Shown: piece after piece, positions 27,566-44,500 of the stretch
Layout: each line of letters begins with the position of its first letter
Position numbering within the stretch: position 1 is the stretch's first letter
Assembly: GCA_050084515.1 (NCBI GenBank)
Contig: CM114271.1
Span: forward strand, 4,588,001-4,652,000
Direction of reading: 5' to 3'
Length of the DNA stretch: 64,000 nucleotides
From: Blasia pusilla
Lineage: Eukaryota
Notes under the pieces: model-generated
Database searches by the model: none
Told to the model about the DNA's origin: nothing
What the model saw: the letters and a program-made list of their open reading frames with translations, nothing else
Made by a program: the position numbers and the translations under genes

Positions 27566-29300
27566 AACCGTCTGGCTTGTTGTATGATATGATCCCGCTC
27601 TCAGGCACCCATTGTGCTTGCCATGTTGCTAGTACATAGGTACTCCAAGACTACCCGATCCTTATGGATATCTCGACCACTTGTCATCTCCTCATTAACC
27701 TTTGGATCTAAGGGCTCTCCACATGACCTCACCATTGAGATCCCAACACTTTGGCTCTCCATAGCCAATAGACCCAAATAAGCTAATACTTGCCATCTAG
27801 GCACTATCTCCTCACCACTCTCTCCATACCAACGAGCTCCAATCGCATCTCGTTGACTCAAACATGGATTATAACTTAACTCATTCGCATCATGGTTGAG
27901 CATTCTAGATCCATGTTCTACATGAAAATCATACTCCTTCAATAATAGAGCTCATCTAGCATGCTTCCATATAAGCTTGTTGGACTTCATCAACCACTTA
28001 AGTGGTTGATGATCAATAATGATGGTAAAGGGGCTGTCAAATAAGTGACACCTAAAATGTGCAACAATCCACATTGCAACCAATCACTCACCCTCACATG
28101 AGCTATACTTTGCCTTTACAGCGTTGTTCGAACGACTAGCGTAAGCCATCTCCAATTCTTCACCCTCATCATCATGCTAGGTAAGCATTGCTTCAAGCCC
28201 CAACATACTCCAATCTATATGCAACTAGAAAAGACGCCCCCAAAAGATCTCCTTAGTATGGGCTCGGAAGTCAATCAGCCCTTGAGCATCTAAAATGCTC
28301 TCTCTTGCTTATCCCTCCAATGCCACTCATATTGTACCTTGGTCAGCAATGTTAGTGGATCATCAAACTGAAACCCTTGATGCACTGTCGATAGAAGTTT
28401 GCCAATCCCATGAATGCACAAACTCGACTCGCATCTACATGGTATGGAAAACATAAGATAGCCTTTACCTTCATCTATTGAATATCAAGTCCGCGTGGAT
28501 ATATGGTATGACTCAAGTACTTAATTTGATCGTATATGAACTTGCACGTGTCTAGATTTAACATTAGCCTATGTAATTGCAATTTTCTAAACACCTCCTC
28601 TAGATGTAGCCCATACTTATCGACCGTGATACTAAAGACTATGATGTCATCAATACAACACCTACCAAAATCCATACTTTCCAAGATCCTATCCATAACC
28701 TCTAAAACTCTACCAAGGCGTTTAGGGTAAGAATCACCATTGGTACAAGTAAGAACCACTAGTAAGAACCACCATTGGTACAAAAAATCCTTCCCATAAG
28801 GATTGATGCCTCAATTTTTTTCTTTTTCCTATCCTCTCGTGTCCTCCAATCAGATAGGCAACTGATGGTATCTGCCTTGGAGATCTAAAGAATTGAAAAT
28901 TTTTGTATGCCCAATACCATTAAAGATCTCTTCAAGAATAGGCATGGTATACCTATCGGACGTTGTCTATCGATTGATAGGTTAATAGTCTCCACACATC
29001 TGCCTATCCATCCAATTTCCATGCACATCCTTCTTGGCGAGCATGATAGTGGTAGATGCATACTCTCCATGCGACATTGCACCACTCCCTCCACCAATCT
29101 TGGCTCTCACTCTGAATCAAAGCCCTCTCTATATCACTATACTTGTAGGGTTGTTAAAAGATTGGCATGTTGCTAGACAATACAATTTTCATCCCTATAC
29201 CCTTCACTATACCCAAATCATGCATACTAATGCAAAACAACTCTTACAACTCCTAAGGAACAGTTATATCGGGCACTCATCTCCTTGTTAACTTAGGGCC
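27566..29300 (-). mobile_element. degenerate Ty3/Gypsy pol (RT, RNase H)
   Basis: CIDDIIVFS, CKFIYDQIKYLSH and EYDFHVEH..NHDANELS motifs; many stops. Confidence 0.9.
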
Positions 29301-29645
29301 CATATTTATCTCCCAAGTTGCCATCATGACTATTGTAGAACTATCTGACGTTGGTGGTTTTGGTTGTCATGGTGCAATTCCATTGCCAACAAGACACTTC
29401 CATACAAGCAATCACTACATGAACTGTCTTGATAGGAATGGGACTAAAAGGGTAGAAGGTATGTATTGCAACCTCATCTAACGTTACTCAACTACTCCTA
29501 ATTAAGCTTATAATCCATGTCAACCACTCTAGGTTCATCACCTGACTTTAGACTTGACATCAAAATATCTTTGATAGTAACGATATAACGGTCATCCTTG
29601 TGGGAAAACTCAACGCCCGCCCTCTATATAAATCACAAGCACTAA

Positions 29646-29651
<6 letters not shown>

Positions 29652-29717
<66 letters not shown>
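29652..29717. repeat. (TC)n microsatellite
   Basis: directly visible. Confidence 0.98.
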
Positions 29718-29721
<4 letters not shown>

Positions 29722-30273
29722 TAAACCTATACCACTCTCCTAACAAAAGGCTTGGGTTACTCATAAGGTAAGGAGGATCAAAGCTTTGCATGGTAGCCTA
29801 TGCATGTAGGCAAGTCATCTCCTTGGCTCTTGACTTGTTGTAGGGGATCAAGAGTCACTTCTCAAAGTGGAAATCCAACTACACTCTCAATAGAAATTGA
29901 TACGAAATATTAAGTTTCTCTACATAACTCCAAATGAGCCAAAACAAAGAGGAAACATACTCTCTCAAGTTACATAAGGCCTCAATAAGTGATACTCGAC
30001 CTCTTGAGGTTATCCTCCAATATCTTTGAAGCCGCTCTTCCAACACTAGTCAAGCTATCCTAAAAGACATGACACTATGTATAAAAAAATAGAAAGGAAG
30101 TTGGTTCATTTGACCATCAATTGATTGCCATCCTAGTTGATAGGCAACTATCTCCTCCCAAAAATCAAGCATGAACACAAAGAGATACGATATTGTACCT
30201 TAAGTCCCTACCAACACATCTTATAACTTTATCAATATCATTAACGTACGTGTGCATACCATTGCATTACCAG

Positions 30274-30695
30274 AAAGGTTGCATGGAAACGGATATGTCC
30301 ACGGACATACCCAAAGCGTTCCCCGCCCGGGTTTTTTCGGTGCCCGATGGACCATGCGAGGACCGTGCAAGTTGATGACGCGAGAAAAAGTGGAGGCTCA
30401 CATTAAGGAAGGCGGGTAGGGATCGAGTGGGCATGCATACTATGAGCCCTTGCCTTGCCTCCATCAAGCTTGCGTGCGACCCGCATCGATTGCGGCTAGC
30501 AAGTGCGGGCTTAAGGACGGCTCAGTGTGAGCTACAAAATTGGTGACAAGAACGGGTGACAGGTTCCTAAACTAGATCCGCGTTGTCCAGGCCCAGGTCT
30601 ACATTGTGGATGGGATGGGCTCGTCTGCATGCCACATGGATATGTCCGTCCTAGGGGCAGACATAAGTCCATGGATATGTCTCCATGCAACCTAG
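30274..30695. mobile_element. non-autonomous TIR element (MITE, hAT-like ends)
   Basis: aggttgcatgga ... tccatgcaacct inverted termini; ggatatgtcc subterminal motifs; flanks attaccag/actactac may be a decayed 8-bp TSD. Confidence 0.7.
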
Positions 30696-30779
30696 ACTAC
30701 TACTTGGATGTTGTGTTTGGACTCTCATAGTGAACTCCTATGAAGTATTAAATTACATTTGTGAAACACCTCCAAGACA

Positions 30780-34022
<3,243 letters not shown>

Positions 34023-37000
34023 CATACATACACAATTTAGATTGAGTCTCAAAGACTCAATCTCCCTCGGGTGCCTCTTTTCCAAGCCTTGACCAACCCC
34101 AGAAGTTGCTTGCTTAAACCACAGTACCGTGGTTAATTCCTCAAGGTTACATCCCTTAGCTCAAATTTAAAACGCGCATCATGATTAGTTCCTAGTTCAA
34201 GGACTTGAGCGGATAGAGAGGGAGAGTGTCCCCCCTATAGATATTTTTGGGTTTCTTTGGGAAAACCTTAGTTTCCCCATTGACCCTTGGTTAGGCATTG
34301 GTTGTTTGATAGAGGAAGTGCCTTTGATAAAGTAAAAGATTGGGGAACCTCAGCTTTTAGCCCATCAGTTTCATCACATGGATTAAACTCAATCCCATCT
34401 CCTTTAGGTTCTGTCACTCTCACTATGTCCTAAGTCATCACGCCAACAACCTCAACCTACGCCATATTGAAAATAAATTCCATACTAATGAAATCCACTC
34501 TCATATCATGATGTAAGGTGGAGGTTGAAGCTAAAGTATATGCCCTTAGCTTCATATCCATTTTTGGTAGACCAAGGTATCCACCTTCAAGGTAGACCTC
34601 ATGGTGTATAACAACATCACATCCCAAACTCTCTAACCTAGTTTTCAATCTAGAAACCCATACTTATACTTCATGGTGTATGCCTCTATCACTCCATAAG
34701 GAGCAATGATCAATCATTGCATGCGCATCAATTCCTCCCAAACTTCTGAAGACTCTCAGCCTAGCTCCGCTGAAATTCCTAAATATTGACTCTTAATATT
34801 TTAGGTTTATATGCCCTATAATTTCCGCCCCATCTCTCCAAAAAAACTCATTTTTGTGTTGAAACTAGGTAGCCCCTACTACTCAAGTCTATGCCACCCC
34901 ACTCTTGTCAATCTTCCTCTAGTTCCTAATTTTTTTGGTGTGGATATATATAGTTGTTGTCACTACTCCATCATACACCTTACAACCACTATTGGTGACG
35001 TTATATGGAGCCCAATAAACCATTCATTCATCAATCTTTATTTCGTGTAAAGATCAAAACTCACGATAGACATCCATAATAGATCCCTCCAAATTTCAGA
35101 ACAAAACCTTCCACAACATGCAAAGGGTTGAACTATGTTGGATGTCATATCTCTTGGAAATCATACCATATGTCAAAATCTTAGATGAAATCATCTAAGA
35201 TACTAAATCAAAAGTGCCTACTACATCTGAAAAGTGTCGCTTGCCCCTAGGCCTCCTATAGGCTCATGTCCTCCATATCTCTCCACATGATATGATGACA
35301 CTCACTTTGTCTAAAATCTTGTCACTAGATTTGTTTTCCAATGATGAGAAGATAGCCAAAGATGGAAGCCTACGTGGTTCCTCACTTAAATCCCATCCTC
35401 TCAATATCTTACTCCACTCTGAGTAACTCCTCCACTACCACTCAAACTACCCCACTCTTCCAAATCCTAGAAGAACATCGTGGTGACAATCCTACCTCAT
35501 ATGCTCAAGCACTCAAACTCACCATTGGCCTCTCACACTCCTCACTAGCTCACATATGGTAATGATAATCCTATGATGATAAACTTACCTTAAGCCTCTC
35601 ATACTAACTCACGTAAGCTACCAATAATATTGAATAATACACAAGAATCCTACTTAGGAAACCGCCCTATATCCAAAACCATGCTATACACAAAAGGTAT
35701 ATGCACTTGACACCCTCACTACACAAATGTAACATAAGCTCTACTTGATATATACCCAGCACCCTCAATGACAAGAGACAAATATGGGAATAGGACTCGA
35801 ATGAGTAACCTAAACATGCACCTTATCGATCACTCCTCTGCAAGGACAAAAATGATTGCATTGTATAGTATAGCTATCTCCGCACCATGATAACCTTTTC
35901 AACCAGCAAGTTGAGCCCCTCATCTGTAGATGTTGACTACTTGTTGGCATCAACATGTGTATTACCACCTCCAACATTGTGTGGCGGACCGTTAGTGGAG
36001 ATCACTCATCTCAACACATGTTTGCACTATATTAACTAGTCGAGAACTCACACAGGGTTGGATAATCTTATATCCATGCACCACCAAATGCGTTGCATGG
36101 TGGCAAAATCACAAGTCATAGAAAACCATCACTAACAATTTCGAGGAAAAATTGTGAGTTCCATGAAGTCCAAGTGGATCACTTAGAAACCAATCTATGT
36201 GAGTCACTCTCTAGTCAGTCTCTTATCATGTTGGAGGCTACATGGTTGGCCTTACCACCATGGTAGATCTACTACCATGTTGGTTGCTCTAACCTTGTTG
36301 CTATTTGTCTATATTGTTATTGCTTTAACTACTACATATTGGCATGCCTTCGATGACGATATAGCCCACCCCTCCAAAGTAGCTACCTTGTCATCCCCAA
36401 CTTCATCCGCCTGTTGTGCAACTCTTTCCACTCGATTGCTACTACTAAAAATGGGTTGCGCTTCCTTGCACAACGTTTTGAACAAAAAAACACAACAACC
36501 TAAACACATCCAATGGGCTTTGCAATAAGGCAACTCAGGTTATCCTGGCCACATTCACACAAGGAATTCTCCTTTTCCCCTCATGCATCTTGCATCACAC
36601 ATCAAATTCCATTGTCAAATCTACATATCATCATCAAGTTATTTCCACCCTTCATCACAAGGGAATCCATACTCTAATTGTCAAGTTCCTACCAAACCTT
36701 CGAACGAGGAGTGCTTCCTAGGCTCAACATGAGATAATGACTCTTGAAAGACGTCTCCTCGCTTGTTAAACCTATGGGAAGAGCCAAAATGGCTCTCCTC
36801 CTAAACCTTCATAGACAATTTATTGGATGAGCATTGATTCAATCAAAGGGTCACCTGATCCAAAATAGGAAAGAAAGGGATTTGTCAAAAAATATTGATG
36901 GTAACAAAATGTGACCAACCTCATTGGAGCACTTAAGACAAAGTTATGTCCGAACAACCCTCTAACCCCCACACCTTCAACAAGGTAGAACTCTACCTAT

Positions 37001-37319
37001 CAACCAAGCATGATGTGACAAAGGTAAGGGGAATCCTTCTACAAACAAGAAAGGTTAGGTAGTCATGAGAATGTCCACTAACTCCAATCCATACGCACTC
37101 TTGCATGATATGAATCTATTTGCCTTCCTCCTTATGGTTCCCATATGTATAACCCCGCTCCCCTATTCTGGTCTTTCCTTTTTGGATGAATAGGAAGGAT
37201 TGGGGTAAGTTGGATTTGTTCCTCCTTCCTTCGTTCATGTCCTACGCATTGTGCATTTTTTTTTCTCTATATCTCCTCTCTTTTTATATCGAAATTCAAA
37301 ACTTATAAAAATACTCATG

Positions 37320-40300
37320 AAGAACTCGCTTTTCAGTATGCCTTGCTTGCCAATTTGGAAAATAAGTTAGATTTTCATTTCCAAAGCAAGGTAGAAGAGC
37401 ATCAAAGATATTGGAGTTGATTTACACTGATGTCTGGACAGCGTCATAACATAGCCTCAGTGGCTTCTAGTACTTTATTTCATTACTTGATGACTTCTTT
37501 AGGTATATATGGATATACTTTTTGAAAGCCAAGTCAGAGGTATTTTCATTGTTCCAAACATTCAGAATTCTAATAGAGAAGCAGACTAGAGATCACATTT
37601 AAAAATTTTGTTGTGATGGAGGAGGAGAGTATCTTTCAATAGAGTTTGATGAATATTTACCTCAGAATGGCATCCAACAACAAGTGATTTGCCGTTACAC
37701 TCCACAAAAAAATGTAGTGTCTAAGAGGAAGAATCGACATATTGCTTAGGCGGCACGTGCTATGTTGAATGAAAAGAATATGTCTAAGGTGTATTGAGTA
37801 GAGGTTGTAGCGTGTGTAATCTTCTTAATCAACTGAACTCTAATAGCACGAGTTCATGATAAGACTCCTTTTGTAGTCTTCATAGGAAGTCTAGGGGATG
37901 TCACTAAAGGAATAGTCGACAGCAACGTACGTCAAACTTATTTTTAATTGCCAACGGCTAATTTTTTGGAATTTCTTAGAACTTACACAAAGGAGGGGGA
38001 AATTAAAAATATGAAGTCGATGTAAGCAAGGCCCTCCAAAATTAGGGAAAAAAATTTCAGACTATAGTCGAAAGTTGTAAGGGATGAGGAAATTCCCCCC
38101 AAAGTTGATAATAAAGTCAAAAGTTGCAAGGGGCTATGCAATTCCAAAGTAAATATCAATAATAGAATATAAATATATTGATATAAGTATATTTTGGGCT
38201 TATTTCCGGTGATCCCCTCCTCCACTTGATTTCAAGGGAATGTTGTTACATTTAGGATTATTTCTAGGGATTCCCCTGGATTATTTTACTTTTCTCCTTC
38301 ATCTCCGGCCAAAATTCTTTCCACCATTGGATTGGATTGGAACTTTTGGGGTTTGGTCCTCCCAATGTAATCTCCCACGTTGACGGTTTGGATTTTCTAA
38401 TATTGACTCCAAGATGTAATTACAATCTAAGATCATATTTGTGGTCTTCCATTTTAATTCAATCTCTAGGTGAGCATTTGGAGAATATGTTTTTCTCCTT
38501 GCGACGCAAAACCATGGGGACATCATTTCACAAAGTTTCATGATTTTTGAGCTCGTGAATAGAAATCAAGGCCAAGAAAGGAAGGAGATAGTGGAAGAAG
38601 AGGGCTTGAAGTGGGGATTCACTTAGCTTCATTTCACTATTCTCCTTCATTTTGGGCACCATTGGATTGGAATGAAACTTGGTAGGCTTGGTCGTGATAA
38701 TGTAATCTCACACTTGGATGGCTTGGATTTGCTATTTTTGACTCCAAGATACTTAAAATCCAAGATTATATTTTTGGTCTTCCATTTTTAATTCAATGTT
38801 TGGATGGGCACTTGAAGAGTATCCACCCGTATTAGGAGAGATCCTAGATTCTTCAATTAAATCTATCAATCTATGGTCGGAAAGAATACGTATTCGTTCT
38901 ATTGATACTAGTCAAAGCTCGAGTCAGATATTAGTGGCATCTACCTCTAAACAACAACTTTGTAGATTAAGTAGAGTCCCACATCCTATTCATAGATTCA
39001 TAAATGAAGGATTCCTTGCAACACATAATACATATATGATGACTATCGTTCAAGAACAAGAACCGAGTTATTTTGAAGAAGCTCCAAGCAAGATCAAATG
39101 GATTGAAGCTATGGAGGAAGAGCTTGCTACATTAAGACACCAACAGACCTAGGAGGTGGTTGATATACCTTCCTGTAAGGAACTTATTGGTTGCAAATGG
39201 GTTTACAAAGTCAAGTGCAATCAAGATCGTACAATGAAGAGATACACACTCAGATTGGTAGCCAAGGGCTATGCACAATAATATGGCATCGATTATGAGG
39301 AGACATTTAGCCTAGTTGCAAAGATGACGACTACCGGAATAGTGGTTGCACTTACAGTAAGTAAGATGTGGAGATTATATCATATGAACGTCAAGAATGC
39401 CTTCTTGAATGGAGATATATATGAGGAGGTGTACATAACTCAACCACCTAGATTTAAGATATGAGCACCCACAATTTCCATTCCACATACGCGGATTAAA
39501 GAAAGCTCTATACGGGCCGGCTTAAGCAAGCTCCAAGAGCTTGGTATGGCAAGATTACAAACATCCTCCAAGAATTGGATTTTAGGTTATGTGATTCTAA
39601 CTCCTCGCTATATATTTTGAGAGGCAAAGTCATACGATTATCATTGTGTTATATGTGGACGACCTCTTGATTATTGGCAGTACTAAAAATATGGTACAAC
39701 AAGTCAAGTTAAAGTTACAGGCATAATTTGATATAAAGGCCTTGGGAGAACTCAAGTATTTCCTTGGTATTGAGTTTATGAAGGTAAGAGAAAGCATGTG
39801 GTTATTAGAACAAAAATATGCTCTTCACATGTTTTCAAAATATGGTATAAAGGCTTGTAAGCCAATTTCTACACCATTTGATCAGAGTGTGAAGCTAAAA
39901 GTGGATGAATGAGAGTTGCTTGCAGATTCTAATATGTATAGGCGCATGGTTGGAAGTTTGATTTATCTCACTATAACCAGGCCAAACTTTAGCTATGCAG
40001 TTGGCCTAGTGAGCCAACTTATCCAAGCACCTCGGAAACCTCATCTTGATGTTGAAAGGAGGATTATGCAATATGTGAAATTCTCTATTCAATTCGAGCT
40101 TGAGTGTTCAAATTCAAGCTCAAGGTTCAAACCTTTTCCGAAATTAGGATTACAGGGATTCACAAATGCTGATTGGGCAAGAAGCATGTGTGATAGACAC
40201 TCCATATCTAGTTTTTCATTTATCTTGGGAAAGCGCAGTTATAAGTTGGGCTTCAAACAAGTAAGCTATATTTGCTTTATCTTCAATAGAGGTTGAGTAC

Positions 40301-40345
40301 AGAGGAGCAACCAATGTAGCATGTGAGGGGGTGTGGCTGTGGCGG
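37320..40345 (+). mobile_element. degenerate Ty1/Copia pol (integrase ~37330-37890, RT/RNase H ~39030-40345) with an AT-rich insert at ~37890-38830
   Basis: CLACQFGK, IYTDVW, DGGGEY, YTPQKN, IGCKWVYK, RLVAKGYAQ, YVDDLL and ADWA motifs in integrase-before-RT order. Confidence 0.93.
38290..38815. repeat. diverged direct repeat (~180 bp, offset ~350 bp) inside the Copia insert
   Basis: tctccttcat..ccattggattgga..tgtaatctc..gactccaagat..ggtcttccatttt occurs at ~38293 and ~38641. Confidence 0.7.
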
Positions 40346-41513
40346 CAAAGTTGGTAAATATGTCAACAAGAGAGCGAGTCATGGTGACACTAGGTGTGGT
40401 ATTGTTGGACAATCGAGCTGGAGTGTTTCGCTTGGTTAGTCTCACGGATACAATGTATCATCCACAACGCATTACTCCCTCCTCTTCCTCTTCCTCTTCC
40501 CCTTCCTGTTGAAATTCCACCCCATCCCTTTCCCTTTCCCCACTATAAAGTTATCTTTATCTTTAGTCTCCTTTTCACTAAAATCAAAAACTCCTTACAT
40601 TTTCTTATTTGTGCATTTCTCTTCCCTTCCCTATTGAAAATTAAATTTTATATATATTAAGGTCATATGTTAAAAGTAGAGCAATTAAAAAACTTCTCGT
40701 GAAACTCTCCCTAGTTGAAAACTTATCCCTTGTCTTCTCCTCCCTCAAGATTGCAAACATACAAAGTTTGCATCACCACATATGAACAGATATGTCAATC
40801 ACGTGGACAAACTCTCCATCCATGACATTCTTCCCACACAAAGCTCTTATATCCCTCCTAAAACTCCACCCCCACCACCTATCCCCAAATATTCGCATTA
40901 AAACCATTAGCAATGTAATATCCAAAACCAGACTTCCTACAAATCAAGCTTCACCCAAAGAGGTCATATATTATTTCCCTTTTCAGGGAGAGCTTAACAA
41001 CCTTAACATATCTTCAAATGCCTTCCTAATCAGTGGAGACTAATGAGGACTAACTAGTTCTAAAATTTAGAGAGGAACATCCCTGACATATCTTCTCAAT
41101 AATTTTGCTACATGCACAAATGCATATCCTAAATGTGATAACGTCATGGTATCCAACAGGTGATCCATAAAGTTTTTGGGCCTCATAATCATGAACGACC
41201 ATTCTCTTCTTGGATTTGGACATAAGCGAAAGCTAGAAACCTAATAACCTTACATTGTTTCAATATGTAAAAGTAAAAAACTTAAACTATGATTTCTTAG
41301 TGAACCTTCCCCACATGGTTTGAATTAATCTAACTTAATTTAATTGCTTGAATACCTATAGATTCCAAGTTCAAATGCTACTAATGAGCTTATTTCATTT
41401 TGGAACATGATGAAACCTCAAGCTCTTCACTCTTCCACCACTTCGGAATATGATTTTAAACTTGATTCTTGCTCTTTGGGCTTCGAATACACTCTAGAAC
41501 ATGATTAGTTCCA

Positions 41514-44500
41514 TCATGCTTGCAACTCCTCCAACACTTTGCAAACCTCTACAGAAAGACCTGCATTCATGAGAATCCATATCCAAGCTGTTTGCTGCTC
41601 GGATAGCTTGTCTCGAGGTCCCTTCACCTCAACAAGTTTTGCCTCTCCTTGTCTGATGCTCTTTGTGTTAGAAGCAGTCTCCCCCATGACGATGCCTGCC
41701 GGTTCTCCAACTTGACATGAGAGCAGGCCACTTTCAGTAGCAGAGCTCCTTTCTTTTGAGATACAACTGCACTTCGAGCAAACATCCTCATTTTTACTGG
41801 GTTCTGAGAGATCGTCTTTTGCATCTTGTGTGCGCCAGAGAAGAAGATCTGGCATGCCTCCAGTCCAGCCAGCATGGTCTTCTGCCAGCAGCCTGCACAC
41901 ATGTGAGAGCCCTGGACCTCCGACACATGACCCAATGGTTTGAAGATCAGCCAGTGAGTGACGCTCCCAGTTAACACCAGTGCACAGAGTTCCATAGTTT
42001 TCATTCCATGTTTTAGCAAGAAGCTCTGCAGTGTTCCCAGCCGCAATTGTGGCAAGCCTTGTCTCAATCAAACTTTGTCTCGCCGAGAAGAATAACTCGG
42101 TGTTGAGATCCAGGGGTGCTGTCTGCAGTAGACATCTCTAGTCAGCAAGTAAATTTCAATAGAAATGGCAACTTCTCACTCTATTTACTAAACTTCGCAG
42201 TGAAAAAATCCAAAACAAAGATCCAGTCAATCAGTGAGCTTAAGGACTCTCCACCACACACTGCATATAATTGGCTGACATTCACCTGAATAGATGTCTC
42301 TTGAAACTGGCAGGAAATGTGGGAGGACAATGAGTTAGAACCTGGAAAGAAGTCTGGAAGACGTCTGGAACATCTGCAAATAGCACATCCCACATCAGGA
42401 GACCAAAAAAGGTCATCCACACACCACCTTCACAATGTATGCCTTGCCAGCGTCCACCCTCCTCACTGGCATAGTACTGCAGAGCCAGCTCTTCCACTCC
42501 ACATTGCTGCTCATCATAGCCATAGAATCGACTCTTAATCCCAGCTGTGCAATTGAGTGGTCTGCCCCGGATCTGCACCTGCCAGATTAGAAGTATGTCA
42601 GCCAGGGCATCTTCTGGAAGCAAGCATACTTGATGGTTGAACGATGCAACAAATGGGCAGTATCTAGGGACGACTTTGCACAACGATCAAGGTATCAAGA
42701 CACAATTCTTCAAAGTGCTGGGGACCCCCTTAAACTAGTATTTATCAGTGATTTTAGGTAACTTTCAGCTATCATTGGGCGGCTTGAACACTCGGCGTTG
42801 TCTTATAACTTGTACAGGAGAGACCTCAATGATGAATGCCTAGAGTCAATTATTGGATGTACAGCATTCCCCAACTCTGTCCCAACTCTGGGTTGATGAG
42901 GATGCAAGTATGACCCAAAATTATGGTCAAAGAATTGATCCTTACCTCTTTGCAGTTTCTTTTCAAAGCTTCAGCATATGGAGGTTTCTTCCACCTTCGA
43001 GGTGGCTTTCCCAGACGAACCACCCGTCTTTGAAGGGCAACGCGATCACCTCCACGAATCCAAGGATCATCAACTCCTACTTCAGCAACCCGTAAGCTTT
43101 CTTCTTTGCAACCAAGGTGGTCTAAATTGATTGACAGCCTCACTGTCCAATAACCCCACCTTCCTGATCGCATCTTAGAGTTCAACAACTGTCTCAAGAC
43201 CTGAACTGCTTCTTTGTATCTGTTAAACCATTGAGATGGATTCACACGAAAGAATTTAATTCAAGTTACATGAAGCAGCTATCTGCATCAAAACTATCTG
43301 CATCAAATAGTAAAACTCCAAGAAATTACCAGTGATGCATGGAACAAATTGAAATACGGGCAGCCATACCTTCTTTCTCGTTCTAAAATAGAGATACCCA
43401 GTGTACAGACATTCCTATACACATATGAGGCAGAAAAGCGAGCAAGAAATGTAGGTGTTTGGTTCGCAGCTTCGTGATCTGCTTCCTCGCAGCTTATATA
43501 ATCTCGTGCTCTTTTTAGGAATTTCAATGCACCTTCGATGTCATTCTTCTCTAGAGCCATGTCCATCCCCTGAGCTACCTCTAGAGCCTGTCAAAACCAG
43601 CCCGAGGTTTTCAATCATGGTGTAATTGGAAAAGGTATTTTAACACACATAGAGGAGTCCTACCAAAAACCCATAGACAGAAAGTACTGTGCACGAGTTG
43701 ACTGCATGTTGATGGCATTACCCAGCTTGCTACTAGAATAGCACGGGTGTTTCAAGTGTTCGAGTAGAAGATTGTATAATTGAAGCTATACTCTCACACA
43801 GAATAAACCATGATCCCTAGGGAACGGCCACATGCATCAACTATTGATGGATACACAACAAGCAGATGAAGATGCCCTCATAGAGAAACCCAAGAGAGTC
43901 ATGGAAAAGGGACCACCTCTTCATAGGCGACAAGGACCTCATGAGTTTCGAAAACATGTCGTGACCTCCAGCATTTATACCGTGGATACTTCATCAATCC
44001 CATGTCGACCAACAGAAAAGTCGAGAGATTTCTGTCTCCATTCAGAAAGAAGAGTCTCTATACATGGCTCCAACGCTCGAGACTTCAGCTTCTTATCAAG
44101 CTTTCAATAAGAGAGCTTACATTGTTATCTATTCAGTAAAAACAGAAACACTCAACACAAAAGAAGGGGAAGAGAATCTTGTGTGGAAAGAGCATCTGAT
44201 AAAGTTCAAAATACCATACAGCCTTAATCTACAAGGAGAAGAGTAATAATAATAATAATAATCATATACTTGTGTTCTTCCGTGACAATACCAATCAAGT
44301 CTCAAGTATTCAGGATTCATCTTTCCACCCAAGGAAACATCAATAATATGCCACTGTAAAAATCATGAACCAGATTCAGATTACACACCTGCAGCCGCCA
44401 CAACAAAAAATCTGCTGTATTGGAAACACGGATGCAACTTCCAGTGATGTCAATGAGCATCTGCATGAATGTTGAATCACTACCGACAAACAAACAGAAA

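Noticed and set aside
34100-37300. Decayed TE-like sequence with short ORFs
   Set aside because: No diagnostic motif or termini recognisable
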